From a virus (taxonomy: Duplodnaviria; Heunggongvirae; Uroviricota; Caudoviricetes), in the IMG/VR virus record IMGVR_UViG_3300042348_001111, positions 43,453 to 107,452 of that record: a DNA stretch of 64,000 nt. The stretch is one strand, 5' to 3'. The notes under the pieces were generated by a model that saw nothing but the letters and a program-made list of their open reading frames with translations, searched no databases and had not been told where the DNA came from. A program made the position numbers and the translations under genes. Below, in pieces: positions 27,478 through 36,710 of the stretch. Numbering within the stretch: the first letter of the stretch is position 1; each line of letters starts with the position of its first letter.

Positions 27478-29298
27478 ATGTCAAACATTCATCCGGAAAA
27501 ATGGCTCATTGAAATTACTCAAGAGAACCAAGAAGAACTCGACCGTTGGAGACAACAAGTCGCCACCACGAATCTTTCAGCCACTCTTGCTGTCGGCTTC
27601 ACCTTGCTCTCAAGTCATCATCACGACGGCAGTCATTATTACTGCGCTAACGCAAGAAAAGTTAAGGGACTCGACTCTTACGCCGACTACCAAGAAATCA
27701 CACTCGTACAATTCCGTCAAATCACAAACCCAAAACCTATGAACACACTACCCACAAATTGGTACATTGAAGTAACTGAAGAGAACCAAGAAGAACTCGA
27801 CCGTTGGAGACAACAAGTCGCCACCGAGAATCTTTCAAACACTCTTGCTGTCGGCTACACCTTGCTCTCAAGTCATCATCACGACGGCAGTCATTATTAC
27901 TGCGCTAACGCAAGAAAAGTTAAGGGACTCGACTATTACGCCGACTACCAACCAATCACCATCGAACAATTCCGTCAAATCACTAACCCAAAACCTAACG
28001 AAAAAACAAAAATGATCCTACTACAAAGCTTTATCCAAGGTACCAGCTACCAGATTAAGACATTGCCTAAACAGGCATTTGAGAAAACTCTCACACGCAG
28101 CATTGAAGATCTGAAGATTACGACTTCTATTGCTGATTTTGCCAAATTTCCTCTGGAGACCATCTTCGTCAGTGACGGTTATGACTTTCCAGAAGAAGAC
28201 CACTTGCATGTTCGTAAAGAGAACATCATTGCGCTTTCTTTTGAAGGCAACCTTTTTCCTTTGTCCTCACTTGACAAAGAGCGCCTACAGAAAGTCTGTG
28301 ATTTTGCTATTGATTATTTTCTAGACAACCCTGACTATACAGTAGAATACGCCAAGAAGATGGCTGAACAAATGGCTTCTTATGGTTATGAGTATAACTG
28401 GGACGACAAAATTGCTCCCAAGCCTTCTGAAGCAGGAGCTGCACCTGGTGGTCCCAACATTCGCAGGACCATTGCTGCTAATTATCCTGTACCTAAAACA
28501 GAAGATGTGGGATTTCACATTGATCCAGACATCTGGTTTTTAATGTGTCGCAACGCACTGCGTGGTGAAAACACCTTACTTGTAGGGCCTACTGGTAGTG
28601 GTAAAACAGAAATTCTTTACCACCTGGCAACTGTTATGGCAAAAGAGCTGCACATCCAGGATATGGGTACTGTACAAGACGCACAAAGCGCTCTGTTAGG
28701 TGTACACCGTCTGAACAAAGAAGGTCACTCTATTTTTGAACAAGCTCCTTTTGTTTCTCACATCAAAAGCGGTGGTATTGTGCTGCTTGATGAGCTTAAC
28801 CGCTCTCCACTTGCAGCTAATAATATCTTATTTCCATGCTTGGACAAGCGACGCTACTTACCCGTAGACATCGCCTGTGAAGACGGTGAGCGCAGGATTG
28901 CGGTGCATGAAAACACTGTGTTCTTTGCTACTGCAAACCTGGGTTCAGAGTATTCTGGTACCCATAGCATTGACCGCGCCTTGCTTGATAGGTTCTTTCC
29001 TATAGAGCTGGGCTACCCCTCAGAGAAAGATGAGGTGAATGTACTAAAGCTACGCACCGGCGTAGATGAAAAGGCTGCCACTGCCATTGTGAAAGTCTCT
29101 AACGAGATCCGCAAGCAGTACAAAGAACAGGAACTATCTACTCCTGTGTCAGTTCGTCACACCTTGCAAGCTGCATCACTCATCTCTGATGGTTTTGAAG
29201 TAGACAAAGCACTGCTAGCTACGATTATGCCGCTGTTTGAAGACAGCATTGGTGTGAGTGAGCGCAGCAAGGTCTTGTCTATTGTTTCTGCGTTTTAA
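27478..29298 (+). CDS. MoxR-family AAA+ ATPase (CobS-like) with two tandem N-terminal repeats of an unknown 85-aa domain
   Basis: Walker A LLVGPTGSGKTE, Walker B IVLLDELNR, sensor FFATANLG, and an Arg in DRALLDRF. Two nearly identical N-terminal repeats (residues 6-92 and 96-180), each with W.IEVTEENQEELDRWRQQVAT and HHHDGSHYYCANARKVKGLD. Confidence 0.8.
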   Translation: MSNIHPEKWLIEITQENQEELDRWRQQVATTNLSATLAVGFTLLSSHHHDGSHYYCANARKVKGLDSYADYQEITLVQFRQITNPKPMNTLPTNWYIEVTEENQEELDRWRQQVATENLSNTLAVGYTLLSSHHHDGSHYYCANARKVKGLDYYADYQPITIEQFRQITNPKPNEKTKMILLQSFIQGTSYQIKTLPKQAFEKTLTRSIEDLKITTSIADFAKFPLETIFVSDGYDFPEEDHLHVRKENIIALSFEGNLFPLSSLDKERLQKVCDFAIDYFLDNPDYTVEYAKKMAEQMASYGYEYNWDDKIAPKPSEAGAAPGGPNIRRTIAANYPVPKTEDVGFHIDPDIWFLMCRNALRGENTLLVGPTGSGKTEILYHLATVMAKELHIQDMGTVQDAQSALLGVHRLNKEGHSIFEQAPFVSHIKSGGIVLLDELNRSPLAANNILFPCLDKRRYLPVDIACEDGERRIAVHENTVFFATANLGSEYSGTHSIDRALLDRFFPIELGYPSEKDEVNVLKLRTGVDEKAATAIVKVSNEIRKQYKEQELSTPVSVRHTLQAASLISDGFEVDKALLATIMPLFEDSIGVSERSKVLSIVSAF

Positions 29299-29412
29299 GC
29301 TGTAGGATCAGCGAGTTTGTGACAAAAGGGTTGTGGGTGACATTAGTGTCGCTCACACCCTGATGTCGCAAATGTTTATTATTTGTGAGACCAAACTTAA
29401 AACTAAAACACC

Positions 29413-31320
29413 ATGAGTAAACTGTCAAGAGACTGGTTTAACCGCAGGGCAGAAGATGCCTACACATTTGCTGATGACTCTAAAAGATTCTTCAGCTGGG
29501 ACAGAGGCAGAGATTCTTACTCTTCATTCTTTGTCCGCAATAACGATTCTTTACAAGTAGCTGCTAAGATGATTGGCTCCATGTTTAGGGTTATTGGTGT
29601 ACCTAAAAATTTTAAATACACCAACAATATAGAAAAATCTTCAGGAAGACATACAGTGCAAATACCACTGAGTATGTTGCGCGACGAAAAAGGAAACTAT
29701 CTGGACAAAGACACAGAGCTGTTAGATGCTTTTTACGGTGCTGCCATTCAAAACGCAGCTCTGGCAACAATGCAGACAACTTCTGAGTATAGTTATACAA
29801 TAAACTCAAGAGACACCTCAAAAAAATTAAATGTTAAGGATCTTTTGTTTAGTGTACTAAACACTGAGCGTATTGACAAAAAGCTTGCTGATCGTCTGCC
29901 AGGTTATCTCAAGTTTGTTCAAAAGTTTAAGAATCATCGTTACGCAAATGCACCGGTTATAGGTGAAGATGAACCTGCTCAAAAGCGTTTGATGGATCTT
30001 ATAGTAAAAATGTTACGCTATCCTGCTAATATTTCTGAAAGTGATCTTGAAAAATTTGAAAAGCCAGTAACAGCTATTGAACGTCTTTTGAAAAAGTATG
30101 GCGGCATACCTAACACAAGTTTAGGCTGCTCAGATATGGCTACTTCTTTGGCCAACATCATTATTAAATACGTTGAAGATGAAGAGCCACCTCCACCTGA
30201 AAAGAGTGGTGGAGAAGGAGAAGGTGAAGAAGAAAAAAGCGAAGAATCATCTTCTGGTGAAGAATCATCTTCTGGTGAAGAATCATCTTCTGATAAAAAG
30301 TCATCTTCTAAAAAGTCAAAACCAAAGCTGAGCAAATCAGAACTAGATGAAATAGCCAAAGAGATGATGAAGTCTTTGGTGAACCCTGAAGAAGGAAACA
30401 GTTCTGATTCAAAATTTATTTCTGAATTTGAGGATTTTACCGAAGACATGGCATCTAACGTAAGTCAAAATCTTAAATCTGAAAAATATAATGAAGAAGG
30501 TTTTGCTTCAAACAGTGCTGTAGTGTTCTTAAAAGCTGACACTAATGCTGCTTCTTACAAACACGCGTTACATAAAGTTGATAGTACTAAAGCTGCAGTG
30601 CTTCAAAAGCTTTTTGCAAGAAAAAGTAAAGATCAGGCTTTTGTAATGAAATCAATGCGTTCTGGCAGACTTGATACCAACAAAATTGCAGAAGCTGTTC
30701 AAAACGTTCCAACTATTTATGAAAGAATGGGACGTATCACTACAGACAAAATCTGTGTGGGTGTTTTGATTGATGAATCAGGTTCTATGGGCGGCAGTAA
30801 AATTGACAAAGCAAGACAAGCTGCTATATTTATCAATGAAGTCTTTAAAAACATACCTGATGTAGATTTGTACATGTATGGTCATACTGCGGATTCACCT
30901 AAACATGATGTCACCTACTTGCGTATTTATCGTGAGAAAGGTTATGTCACAGATCCTTTTTCTTTAGGATCTATTCAAGCAAGAAGCAATAACCGTGATG
31001 GTGATGCTATACTTGCTTTTGCCCAAAGAGTACGTAACAATACGCCTAACCAAGGCTTACTATTTGTAATTTCAGATGGTCAGCCTGCAGCTTCAGGTTA
31101 CACTGGCATGCCTGCTATTGAAGACACAAGAAAAAAAGTCAAAAAAGCGCAAGCTTTAGGTTTTCAAGTGATTCAAATTGCTATTGAAGAATCAGTCCCT
31201 TCATCTCAAATGTTTGACTACTTTATCAAGATGACTGACATCAAAAATCTACCTAATGACATGATCAAATACATGTCACGCAAAGTAGACAAACTTATCA
31301 AAGAACGCGTCATTCTTTAA
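29413..31320 (+). CDS. vWA-domain protein (CobT-like) with an acidic Ser/Glu-rich linker, partner of the MoxR ATPase
   Basis: The C-terminal MIDAS motif VLIDESGSMGG sits inside a vWA fold (...LLFVISDGQPAA...). The central E/S-rich low-complexity region contains the 18-nt unit GAAGAATCATCTTCTGGT repeated 3 times. Confidence 0.75.
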   Translation: MSKLSRDWFNRRAEDAYTFADDSKRFFSWDRGRDSYSSFFVRNNDSLQVAAKMIGSMFRVIGVPKNFKYTNNIEKSSGRHTVQIPLSMLRDEKGNYLDKDTELLDAFYGAAIQNAALATMQTTSEYSYTINSRDTSKKLNVKDLLFSVLNTERIDKKLADRLPGYLKFVQKFKNHRYANAPVIGEDEPAQKRLMDLIVKMLRYPANISESDLEKFEKPVTAIERLLKKYGGIPNTSLGCSDMATSLANIIIKYVEDEEPPPPEKSGGEGEGEEEKSEESSSGEESSSGEESSSDKKSSSKKSKPKLSKSELDEIAKEMMKSLVNPEEGNSSDSKFISEFEDFTEDMASNVSQNLKSEKYNEEGFASNSAVVFLKADTNAASYKHALHKVDSTKAAVLQKLFARKSKDQAFVMKSMRSGRLDTNKIAEAVQNVPTIYERMGRITTDKICVGVLIDESGSMGGSKIDKARQAAIFINEVFKNIPDVDLYMYGHTADSPKHDVTYLRIYREKGYVTDPFSLGSIQARSNNRDGDAILAFAQRVRNNTPNQGLLFVISDGQPAASGYTGMPAIEDTRKKVKKAQALGFQVIQIAIEESVPSSQMFDYFIKMTDIKNLPNDMIKYMSRKVDKLIKERVIL

Positions 31321-31332
31321 CAAAAACGAACA

Positions 31333-31368
31333 CCAGGTGCAGAATAACTTCTGCATCTGGGTTTGTTA
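31333..31368 (+). terminator. Terminator-like hairpin (CCAGGTGCAGAA...TTCTGCATCTGG + GTTTGTT)
   Basis: Seen in the sequence after the 31320 stop. Confidence 0.4.
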
Positions 31369-31614
31369 CCAATGCTTATGAATCAATTCAATAACATTTA
31401 CATCAAAATTTTTGTCTATTTGTTTGTCTTTGCACTTATCATAGAGCTATCACGCCTTGCGTTTTGGCTGATGAATCAAGACAACAGTATTGCAGTGTAC
31501 ATGGGTTTTATCATGGCCTTATCCCTTGTCATTGCACTGTCCACGATGATTGTGACAGTATTTCAAAAGGTTATCAACAATATCAAAAAACCAAAAAACA
31601 ATGAACCAAACTAA
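31363..31614 (+). CDS. Small 2-TM membrane protein (possible NfeD-like partner of the SPFH protein)
   Basis: 83 aa with two hydrophobic helices. Overlaps the SPFH gene start. Confidence 0.4.
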   Translation: MLPMLMNQFNNIYIKIFVYLFVFALIIELSRLAFWLMNQDNSIAVYMGFIMALSLVIALSTMIVTVFQKVINNIKKPKNNEPN

Positions 31615-32449
31615 AACAATTTTATTATCATGTGTTGCGGCACTACTGATGATGTTTTCTTTGTCTTGCTGCGAGCGTATTGATGCAGGACATGTGGGTG
31701 TTAAAGTAAATCTTTATGGAGATGGTAAAGGCGTAGACGATGCCACTGAAGTTACAGGATGGGTCTTTTACAATCCGTTCAGCACAAAGATTATTGAGTT
31801 TCCTACTTTTGTACAGCATAAAGAGTATAAAAACAACGGTGAAGATGCTGTTGATGAGTCATTTATTGTCAACTCAAAAGATGGTTCAGAGTTTCACGTC
31901 TCTCCAATAGTTAACTACTCCGTCAAGCGCGATCGTGTGCCTTATATTTTTGGTAAGTATCGCTTAACTCTTGACGCTATTGAAGAAGGATTTCTCAAAA
32001 CTGCTGTGTATGACGCTTTTCGTATTGTAGCCAACTCTTATACTGCTGATGAACTTATTTCTAATCGTGAACAGTTTGAGGTTAAAGTACGTAAAGTATT
32101 AGAGTCACAATTGTATCCTGAAGGATTTGTTTTGGCACAGTTTACTTCTAACCTTGTGTATCCAGAAACCTTTAAGAAAGCTATTGAAGCTAAGAACAAC
32201 GCAGTTCAAGCAGCACTTACTGCTGAAAACCAGGTTAAATCTGCTGAAGCACAAGCTAAAATTAAAGTTGCTACAGCTGAAGGTAACGCACAAGCACTTT
32301 TGACATCTGCTAAAGCAGAAGCAGAAGCTAATGCATTAAAACAACGCACTCTTACAGAAATGTTGCTTAAACAGCAATGGATTGAGCGTTGGGATGGTAA
32401 GCTGCCTGTATATGGGCAAGCACCTATGCTTTACAAACCTGTTAATTAA
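31601..32449 (+). CDS. SPFH/band-7 (prohibitin/HflKC-like) lipoprotein
   Basis: Signal peptide with LSCC. SPFH core followed by an Ala/Glu/Gln-rich coiled coil (AEAQAKIKVATAEGNAQALLTSAKAEAEANALKQ). Confidence 0.65.
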   Translation: MNQTKTILLSCVAALLMMFSLSCCERIDAGHVGVKVNLYGDGKGVDDATEVTGWVFYNPFSTKIIEFPTFVQHKEYKNNGEDAVDESFIVNSKDGSEFHVSPIVNYSVKRDRVPYIFGKYRLTLDAIEEGFLKTAVYDAFRIVANSYTADELISNREQFEVKVRKVLESQLYPEGFVLAQFTSNLVYPETFKKAIEAKNNAVQAALTAENQVKSAEAQAKIKVATAEGNAQALLTSAKAEAEANALKQRTLTEMLLKQQWIERWDGKLPVYGQAPMLYKPVN

Positions 32450-32461
32450 TTGGTAAAGAAT

Positions 32462-32498
32462 GAGGGTCCCAGTGTTAACGCGCTGGGACCTTTACTTC
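32462..32498 (+). terminator. Terminator hairpin (GGTCCCAG...CTGGGACC + TTT)
   Basis: Seen in the sequence. Confidence 0.45.
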
Positions 32499-32514
32499 TC
32501 ATAAATCACACGCC

Positions 32515-32715
32515 ATGACTGTACTTACAGAAGGAAGCAAAGTGACGTATGTGCACAAAGGAAATGCTAAAGAGCACGGCATCATCAAGTCGTTTCCAAA
32601 AGAAGATCCACACCATGCTTTTGTTGTGTATCACTGTGCTGGTGACTGGGCTGACTATGAAAGCTACACTGGTCAACGCACCCAAATCAACCATCTAAAA
32701 CCAGGTTGGTTGTAA
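32515..32715 (+). CDS. Hypothetical protein
   Basis: 66 aa. Confidence 0.35.
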   Translation: MTVLTEGSKVTYVHKGNAKEHGIIKSFPKEDPHHAFVVYHCAGDWADYESYTGQRTQINHLKPGWL

Positions 32716-32792
32716 ACAATAAGCTCTGGTTGCGTTTGTGATTTCAAAAAGCTATTCTGTAGTCACATTTGTTACAATTTTTAACTGATCCT

Positions 32793-33218
32793 ATGAGAAA
32801 AATACACATAAAAACAACAAAACAGCTGGTGTACAATGCTGTTAAATGCAAAGCATGCTCAAAAATAATTTTCAGTCGTCATCGTCATGACTACAATACT
32901 TGTGGTTGTGCTAACAAGGCATCTGTTGATGGTGGCGTGAGCTATCAAAGCTACGGTGCTTTAGATTTTGACTTAATTGAGCCTTTGGCAGTGTATGCAG
33001 ATGAGCCTTTTGAAAGAGTCAGACAATACGCCACACGTGGGTCAAGAGGTAAGAGTGGCAAAGAACCACTTACCTGGTTAACGCTTGCTGAAATGACTGA
33101 TGAACACCTTGCAGCTGTTTTAGCGTTTGGCGGTGCTGAGTGGCACTTGAAACTTATTGCTAAAGAACTTCAATACAGACATGAAAACAACATATCCATT
33201 AAGGACCCTGAAGCCTGA
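32793..33218 (+). CDS. Hypothetical protein with a CxxC...C.C zinc motif
   Basis: CKACSK...CGC. The first ATG is at 32793. Confidence 0.4.
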   Translation: MRKIHIKTTKQLVYNAVKCKACSKIIFSRHRHDYNTCGCANKASVDGGVSYQSYGALDFDLIEPLAVYADEPFERVRQYATRGSRGKSGKEPLTWLTLAEMTDEHLAAVLAFGGAEWHLKLIAKELQYRHENNISIKDPEA

Positions 33219-33549
33219 GTTTGTAAGAATCGCTCTTGCAATGACTGAGGTTCACATTGACAATTTGACAATTGTAGCAACCATTCAAGATGTTTTTGCA
33301 AAGCTGCATGACAAAGGAATGGATTTTTCTTTAGAGGACGCTGTAGAAATTATTCACAAGAACCGCAAAGAAGAACCAAAGACTTCTGCGAATAACATAA
33401 GAATGAAAGAATTGCAATCTATTTACAGGTCTTTAAGTGAGTGCTACGTTCATGGTAGCACCAACAAGATAAACCTAAAAATTTCTGAGAAAATGGATAG
33501 GGTGCTTGCTGAAATTGAAGAACTTAAAAAACTAAACAATGGAACCTGA
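33178..33549 (+). CDS. Hypothetical protein
   Basis: ATG at 33178 (MKTTYPL). Confidence 0.4.
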   Translation, partial: DMKTTYPLRTLKPEFVRIALAMTEVHIDNLTIVATIQDVFAKLHDKGMDFSLEDAVEIIHKNRKEEPKTSANNIRMKELQSIYRSLSECYVHGSTNKINLKISEKMDRVLAEIEELKKLNNGT

Positions 33550-34213
33550 TGAAAACAAACCTGATGAGCTGTCACCAGTTGATCTGCTAAAAACATGGAG
33601 TTCTATATCAGCTGCATCTGGAAGTATTAGTGCTGCACTTTCTACAGACGGTGATTCAAGCATTACGTATGTAGATCCTGTAGAACTTAGTCAGCTTATC
33701 AAAAACCTTTCTGATTCCTATCTGTACTATACAACAGAAACTGACAAATCTTCTGAAGAATACAAAGAGCTTGAAAAAAGACTTGAACAACTCAAAGCTG
33801 GAATAGAGTGTCTTAATACTACTGTTGCACACTACAATGTAAAAATTGAAGAAATGCGCTATGAAGCTTTAGCGCTTGAAAGTGAAATGGATGTGTTGCC
33901 TATGGAAGTAAAAAAAAACTACATAAAATTTTTTTCTGAAGAAACTGTCAAAAAATTCTCAGAAGACTCTTTAGTTATCAAACTTGAAAAAGCACTTCTA
34001 AATTATTTACACGGAAAGTCTAAACCTCTTAAAGATATTTCTATCATTATGAATCCTGATACTTGTTATAAACTTTCGCTTGAATTAAAACATTTTTCTC
34101 CTGAATTGCTTAGTGTAAGCTTTAATGCAACTGGTATACGTAACTTTTCTTTTAAAGGTGTACCTATCATTAGATCAGACGACGTTAATAAAGACATATT
34201 TATTATAAAGTAA
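33539..34213 (+). CDS. Hypothetical coiled-coil protein
   Basis: 224 aa. Confidence 0.4.
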   Translation: MEPDENKPDELSPVDLLKTWSSISAASGSISAALSTDGDSSITYVDPVELSQLIKNLSDSYLYYTTETDKSSEEYKELEKRLEQLKAGIECLNTTVAHYNVKIEEMRYEALALESEMDVLPMEVKKNYIKFFSEETVKKFSEDSLVIKLEKALLNYLHGKSKPLKDISIIMNPDTCYKLSLELKHFSPELLSVSFNATGIRNFSFKGVPIIRSDDVNKDIFIIK

Positions 34214-34233
34214 AACCTAAAAAAAAAAACAAC

Positions 34234-34695
34234 ATGAAAAGAGTACAAATTGGAGTAGTAGGAGTTGACTCAGGTCAGCTTGTTTTATGTGATCCTTGCT
34301 ATATTGACTCTGAGTGGGAAAAAGAAGAGTTCCAAGATATAAGAAAGTACCAGCATAAAACTACAGGTGACATTCTGCAATATCGTGTAGACTTTCCTAA
34401 TTATGAGACACCAATTCCAAAATATGGTGGTCAAACCATGAACCAGTTGAATAGAACTGGCGAATGGCAATATTTAGAGGATTTTTCAAAAGAACATAAT
34501 TTTAGTTATAATGCTTGTGCTGAAGCAAGCTTGTCTAAAAAAGGATATGGTCAACTAAATTACAAACACGGTCATGAAGGTGTTGCTGTTGCGTTTAGTA
34601 CAGCATTTGGAGATGGTGTGTTTCCTGTGTTTGCTCATTACAACAACGCCGGTGACTTGACACATGTCTCAGTACATTTTGACTTGGAAGATTAA
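34234..34695 (+). CDS. Hypothetical protein
   Basis: 153 aa. Confidence 0.4.
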   Translation: MKRVQIGVVGVDSGQLVLCDPCYIDSEWEKEEFQDIRKYQHKTTGDILQYRVDFPNYETPIPKYGGQTMNQLNRTGEWQYLEDFSKEHNFSYNACAEASLSKKGYGQLNYKHGHEGVAVAFSTAFGDGVFPVFAHYNNAGDLTHVSVHFDLED

Positions 34696-34712
34696 TAAAA
34701 CTTAAAAACATT

Positions 34713-34961
34713 ATGTCAAAAATTCAGATTAGCGCATCACCTTTCAACCTTACTGCCTACTATGATGGCAAATACACTTGTGACTGTTCACAATGGGAAG
34801 ACGAGTACCAGGAGGATATTTATGAGTTTACACTGGTTTTTGACACAGCAACATCCACTGTGATGGAGATTATCTGGCAAGACCGTACACCTAAAAACGC
34901 TGAAGAAATTCAGTCCAGAATTACTCGTGAGTTCTACACCAAAAATAACACGCCTGAATAG
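34713..34961 (+). CDS. Hypothetical protein
   Basis: 82 aa. Confidence 0.35.
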   Translation: MSKIQISASPFNLTAYYDGKYTCDCSQWEDEYQEDIYEFTLVFDTATSTVMEIIWQDRTPKNAEEIQSRITREFYTKNNTPE

Positions 34962-34963
34962 TC

Positions 34964-35200
34964 ATGTCAGAAAAAATTAATCGCAGAAATCTTAGTGGAG
35001 TATACATCTTCCACAAATTTGATGACGAAGAACGCAGGGAACCTACATGCTTTGAAGACTGCCCAGAAGAAAAACAAACTGAGTGGTTAAACACGCTTGA
35101 TCCTGATGCTCTAAAAAGTTTGGCAAAACATCTTGCTAAAGCATTAAAAAACATTGGTGACCAACTTGACATTATTGTAAAGCAAGTTGATGATGAATAA
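34964..35200 (+). CDS. Hypothetical protein
   Basis: 78 aa. Confidence 0.35.
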   Translation: MSEKINRRNLSGVYIFHKFDDEERREPTCFEDCPEEKQTEWLNTLDPDALKSLAKHLAKALKNIGDQLDIIVKQVDDE

Positions 35201-35627
35201 TTTAGGTGATCATCAAGAATGGTGGGGTTACCAGCATGTTTCTGGTACTTATCATGTAAAACCATATCGCGAAGCGCTTGACATTATTGAAGCAAATGAA
35301 TCTCCATTTTGCAAACATGTTGTAGGGCCTTTTATGGCAAAAAACAGAGACGACGCTTTGTATATAGCAGAGTCACTTGTTAATTATTTGAATGACAAAG
35401 AACCGTCTGAAGCAGAGCAGCAGTTTTACTTTTTCATACACAACACAACAGGCAGTTTTATGACAAACTTGTTCAATTGTATTATGAGTGCTGACATTCA
35501 CAACCAGGCAAAACTTGCCAAAGGATTTCCAGAACATGTTGAAGTTGCTTACAAGCATATGAACTCTCCAGGTTACTGGGAGAATCTTGAGCAAAGAATG
35601 CAAAAATCATTTAAAGAAAAAACATGA
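35187..35627 (+). CDS. Hypothetical protein
   Basis: 146 aa. Confidence 0.4.
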   Translation: MMMNNLGDHQEWWGYQHVSGTYHVKPYREALDIIEANESPFCKHVVGPFMAKNRDDALYIAESLVNYLNDKEPSEAEQQFYFFIHNTTGSFMTNLFNCIMSADIHNQAKLAKGFPEHVEVAYKHMNSPGYWENLEQRMQKSFKEKT

Positions 35628-36022
35628 GCCATCCATTGCATCATGCTATTTCAAGCCATAAACAGTGGGGCGGTCAGGTAGATGACTATCTGCCGCTTCA
35701 CAACTGGTTTGATGAAACCAAAGCGCACTACCCTGACATGCGTCACCGGGCACTGCGCCATCACTCAGAAGGTATCTTCTGGTGTGAAAAACAATTTGGC
35801 ACTTATATCACCAACTCTGATGGACGTATGGTCCCTGTAAGAGCTATTGGTGAACAACACATTAAAGAAGACTTAGGATGGATACCAACCATCAAAGACT
35901 ACCTTGACAACATGACTATTGTAGGCTGGATGTACAAGCCAGGAGACGGTAGAAAAATGCTTAAGCAAATAACAGAAGAAAAGTCTGATTTTTTTACACA
36001 TAAACAACTTGAATTACCATGA
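35624..36022 (+). CDS. Hypothetical protein
   Basis: 132 aa. Confidence 0.4.
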   Translation: MSHPLHHAISSHKQWGGQVDDYLPLHNWFDETKAHYPDMRHRALRHHSEGIFWCEKQFGTYITNSDGRMVPVRAIGEQHIKEDLGWIPTIKDYLDNMTIVGWMYKPGDGRKMLKQITEEKSDFFTHKQLELP

Positions 36023-36708
36023 GTAAAACACACGATTATACATTAAAAGACCTGATGAATTGGTGCGATGCACAAGTAGCAGAAGGCAAATTACTTGAAA
36101 TTAAATGGGAAGGTGGAGGAGATAGTGGCTGGGTTTACTTTGAAATTGATGGCGAACAAACATCAGAACCTGAAGCAGAAGCTTTAGTGGACATGATGAT
36201 TGATCAGTTAGATTATGGGTCCTGGGCTGGTGAATTCAGTGCAGAAGGCAGTGCAACTTATAATCCTACTGAAAAGTCGTTTCAGGGTGAAGACAGTTAT
36301 TCTGAAGAAGAATATAAAAACTTTGACTGTCACATCACATTTAAAATTCCAAAGGACATTCCTTTTGATGAAGTGTGGATTGAAGCAGAAGAAGGACATC
36401 ATTGTAGTGTTAACTTTACACTTGTTAATGGTTTTAGACATCCTAAAACGCATAATGTAGAAGCTAGTTTACAGTTATTACTTTCAAAAGAGTTTCTGAG
36501 AGTTAAAGAAGAAGTTGAAGGATCTACAGACGAAGAAATTGTAAGTTCTTATCAAAGCCATCGCTTTGACAGAGAAAATCTTAAAGAAGAAGGAGAATAT
36601 ATGGTAGGTGTAATTGAAGAGTATTCTTACGGTATTAATGTCTATGATTCAAAAGATGTTGATATATGTCTTGAAGAAATGCTTGAAGAAACTAACGAGG
36701 AGAACTAA
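36019..36708 (+). CDS. Hypothetical acidic protein
   Basis: 229 aa. Confidence 0.4.
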   Translation: MSKTHDYTLKDLMNWCDAQVAEGKLLEIKWEGGGDSGWVYFEIDGEQTSEPEAEALVDMMIDQLDYGSWAGEFSAEGSATYNPTEKSFQGEDSYSEEEYKNFDCHITFKIPKDIPFDEVWIEAEEGHHCSVNFTLVNGFRHPKTHNVEASLQLLLSKEFLRVKEEVEGSTDEEIVSSYQSHRFDRENLKEEGEYMVGVIEEYSYGINVYDSKDVDICLEEMLEETNEEN

Positions 36709-36710
36709 TT

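Noticed and set aside
30241-30294. Possible CRISPR-like array
   Set aside because: There are only three contiguous 18-nt units with no spacers, and they lie inside a coding region. It is a coding tandem repeat, not a CRISPR. No repeat-spacer arrays were seen elsewhere in the window.
30018-30449. Antisense 143-aa ORF inside the vWA gene
   Set aside because: It is an artefact of the GAA/TCT-rich tandem repeat. The sense frame has the vWA domain continuity.
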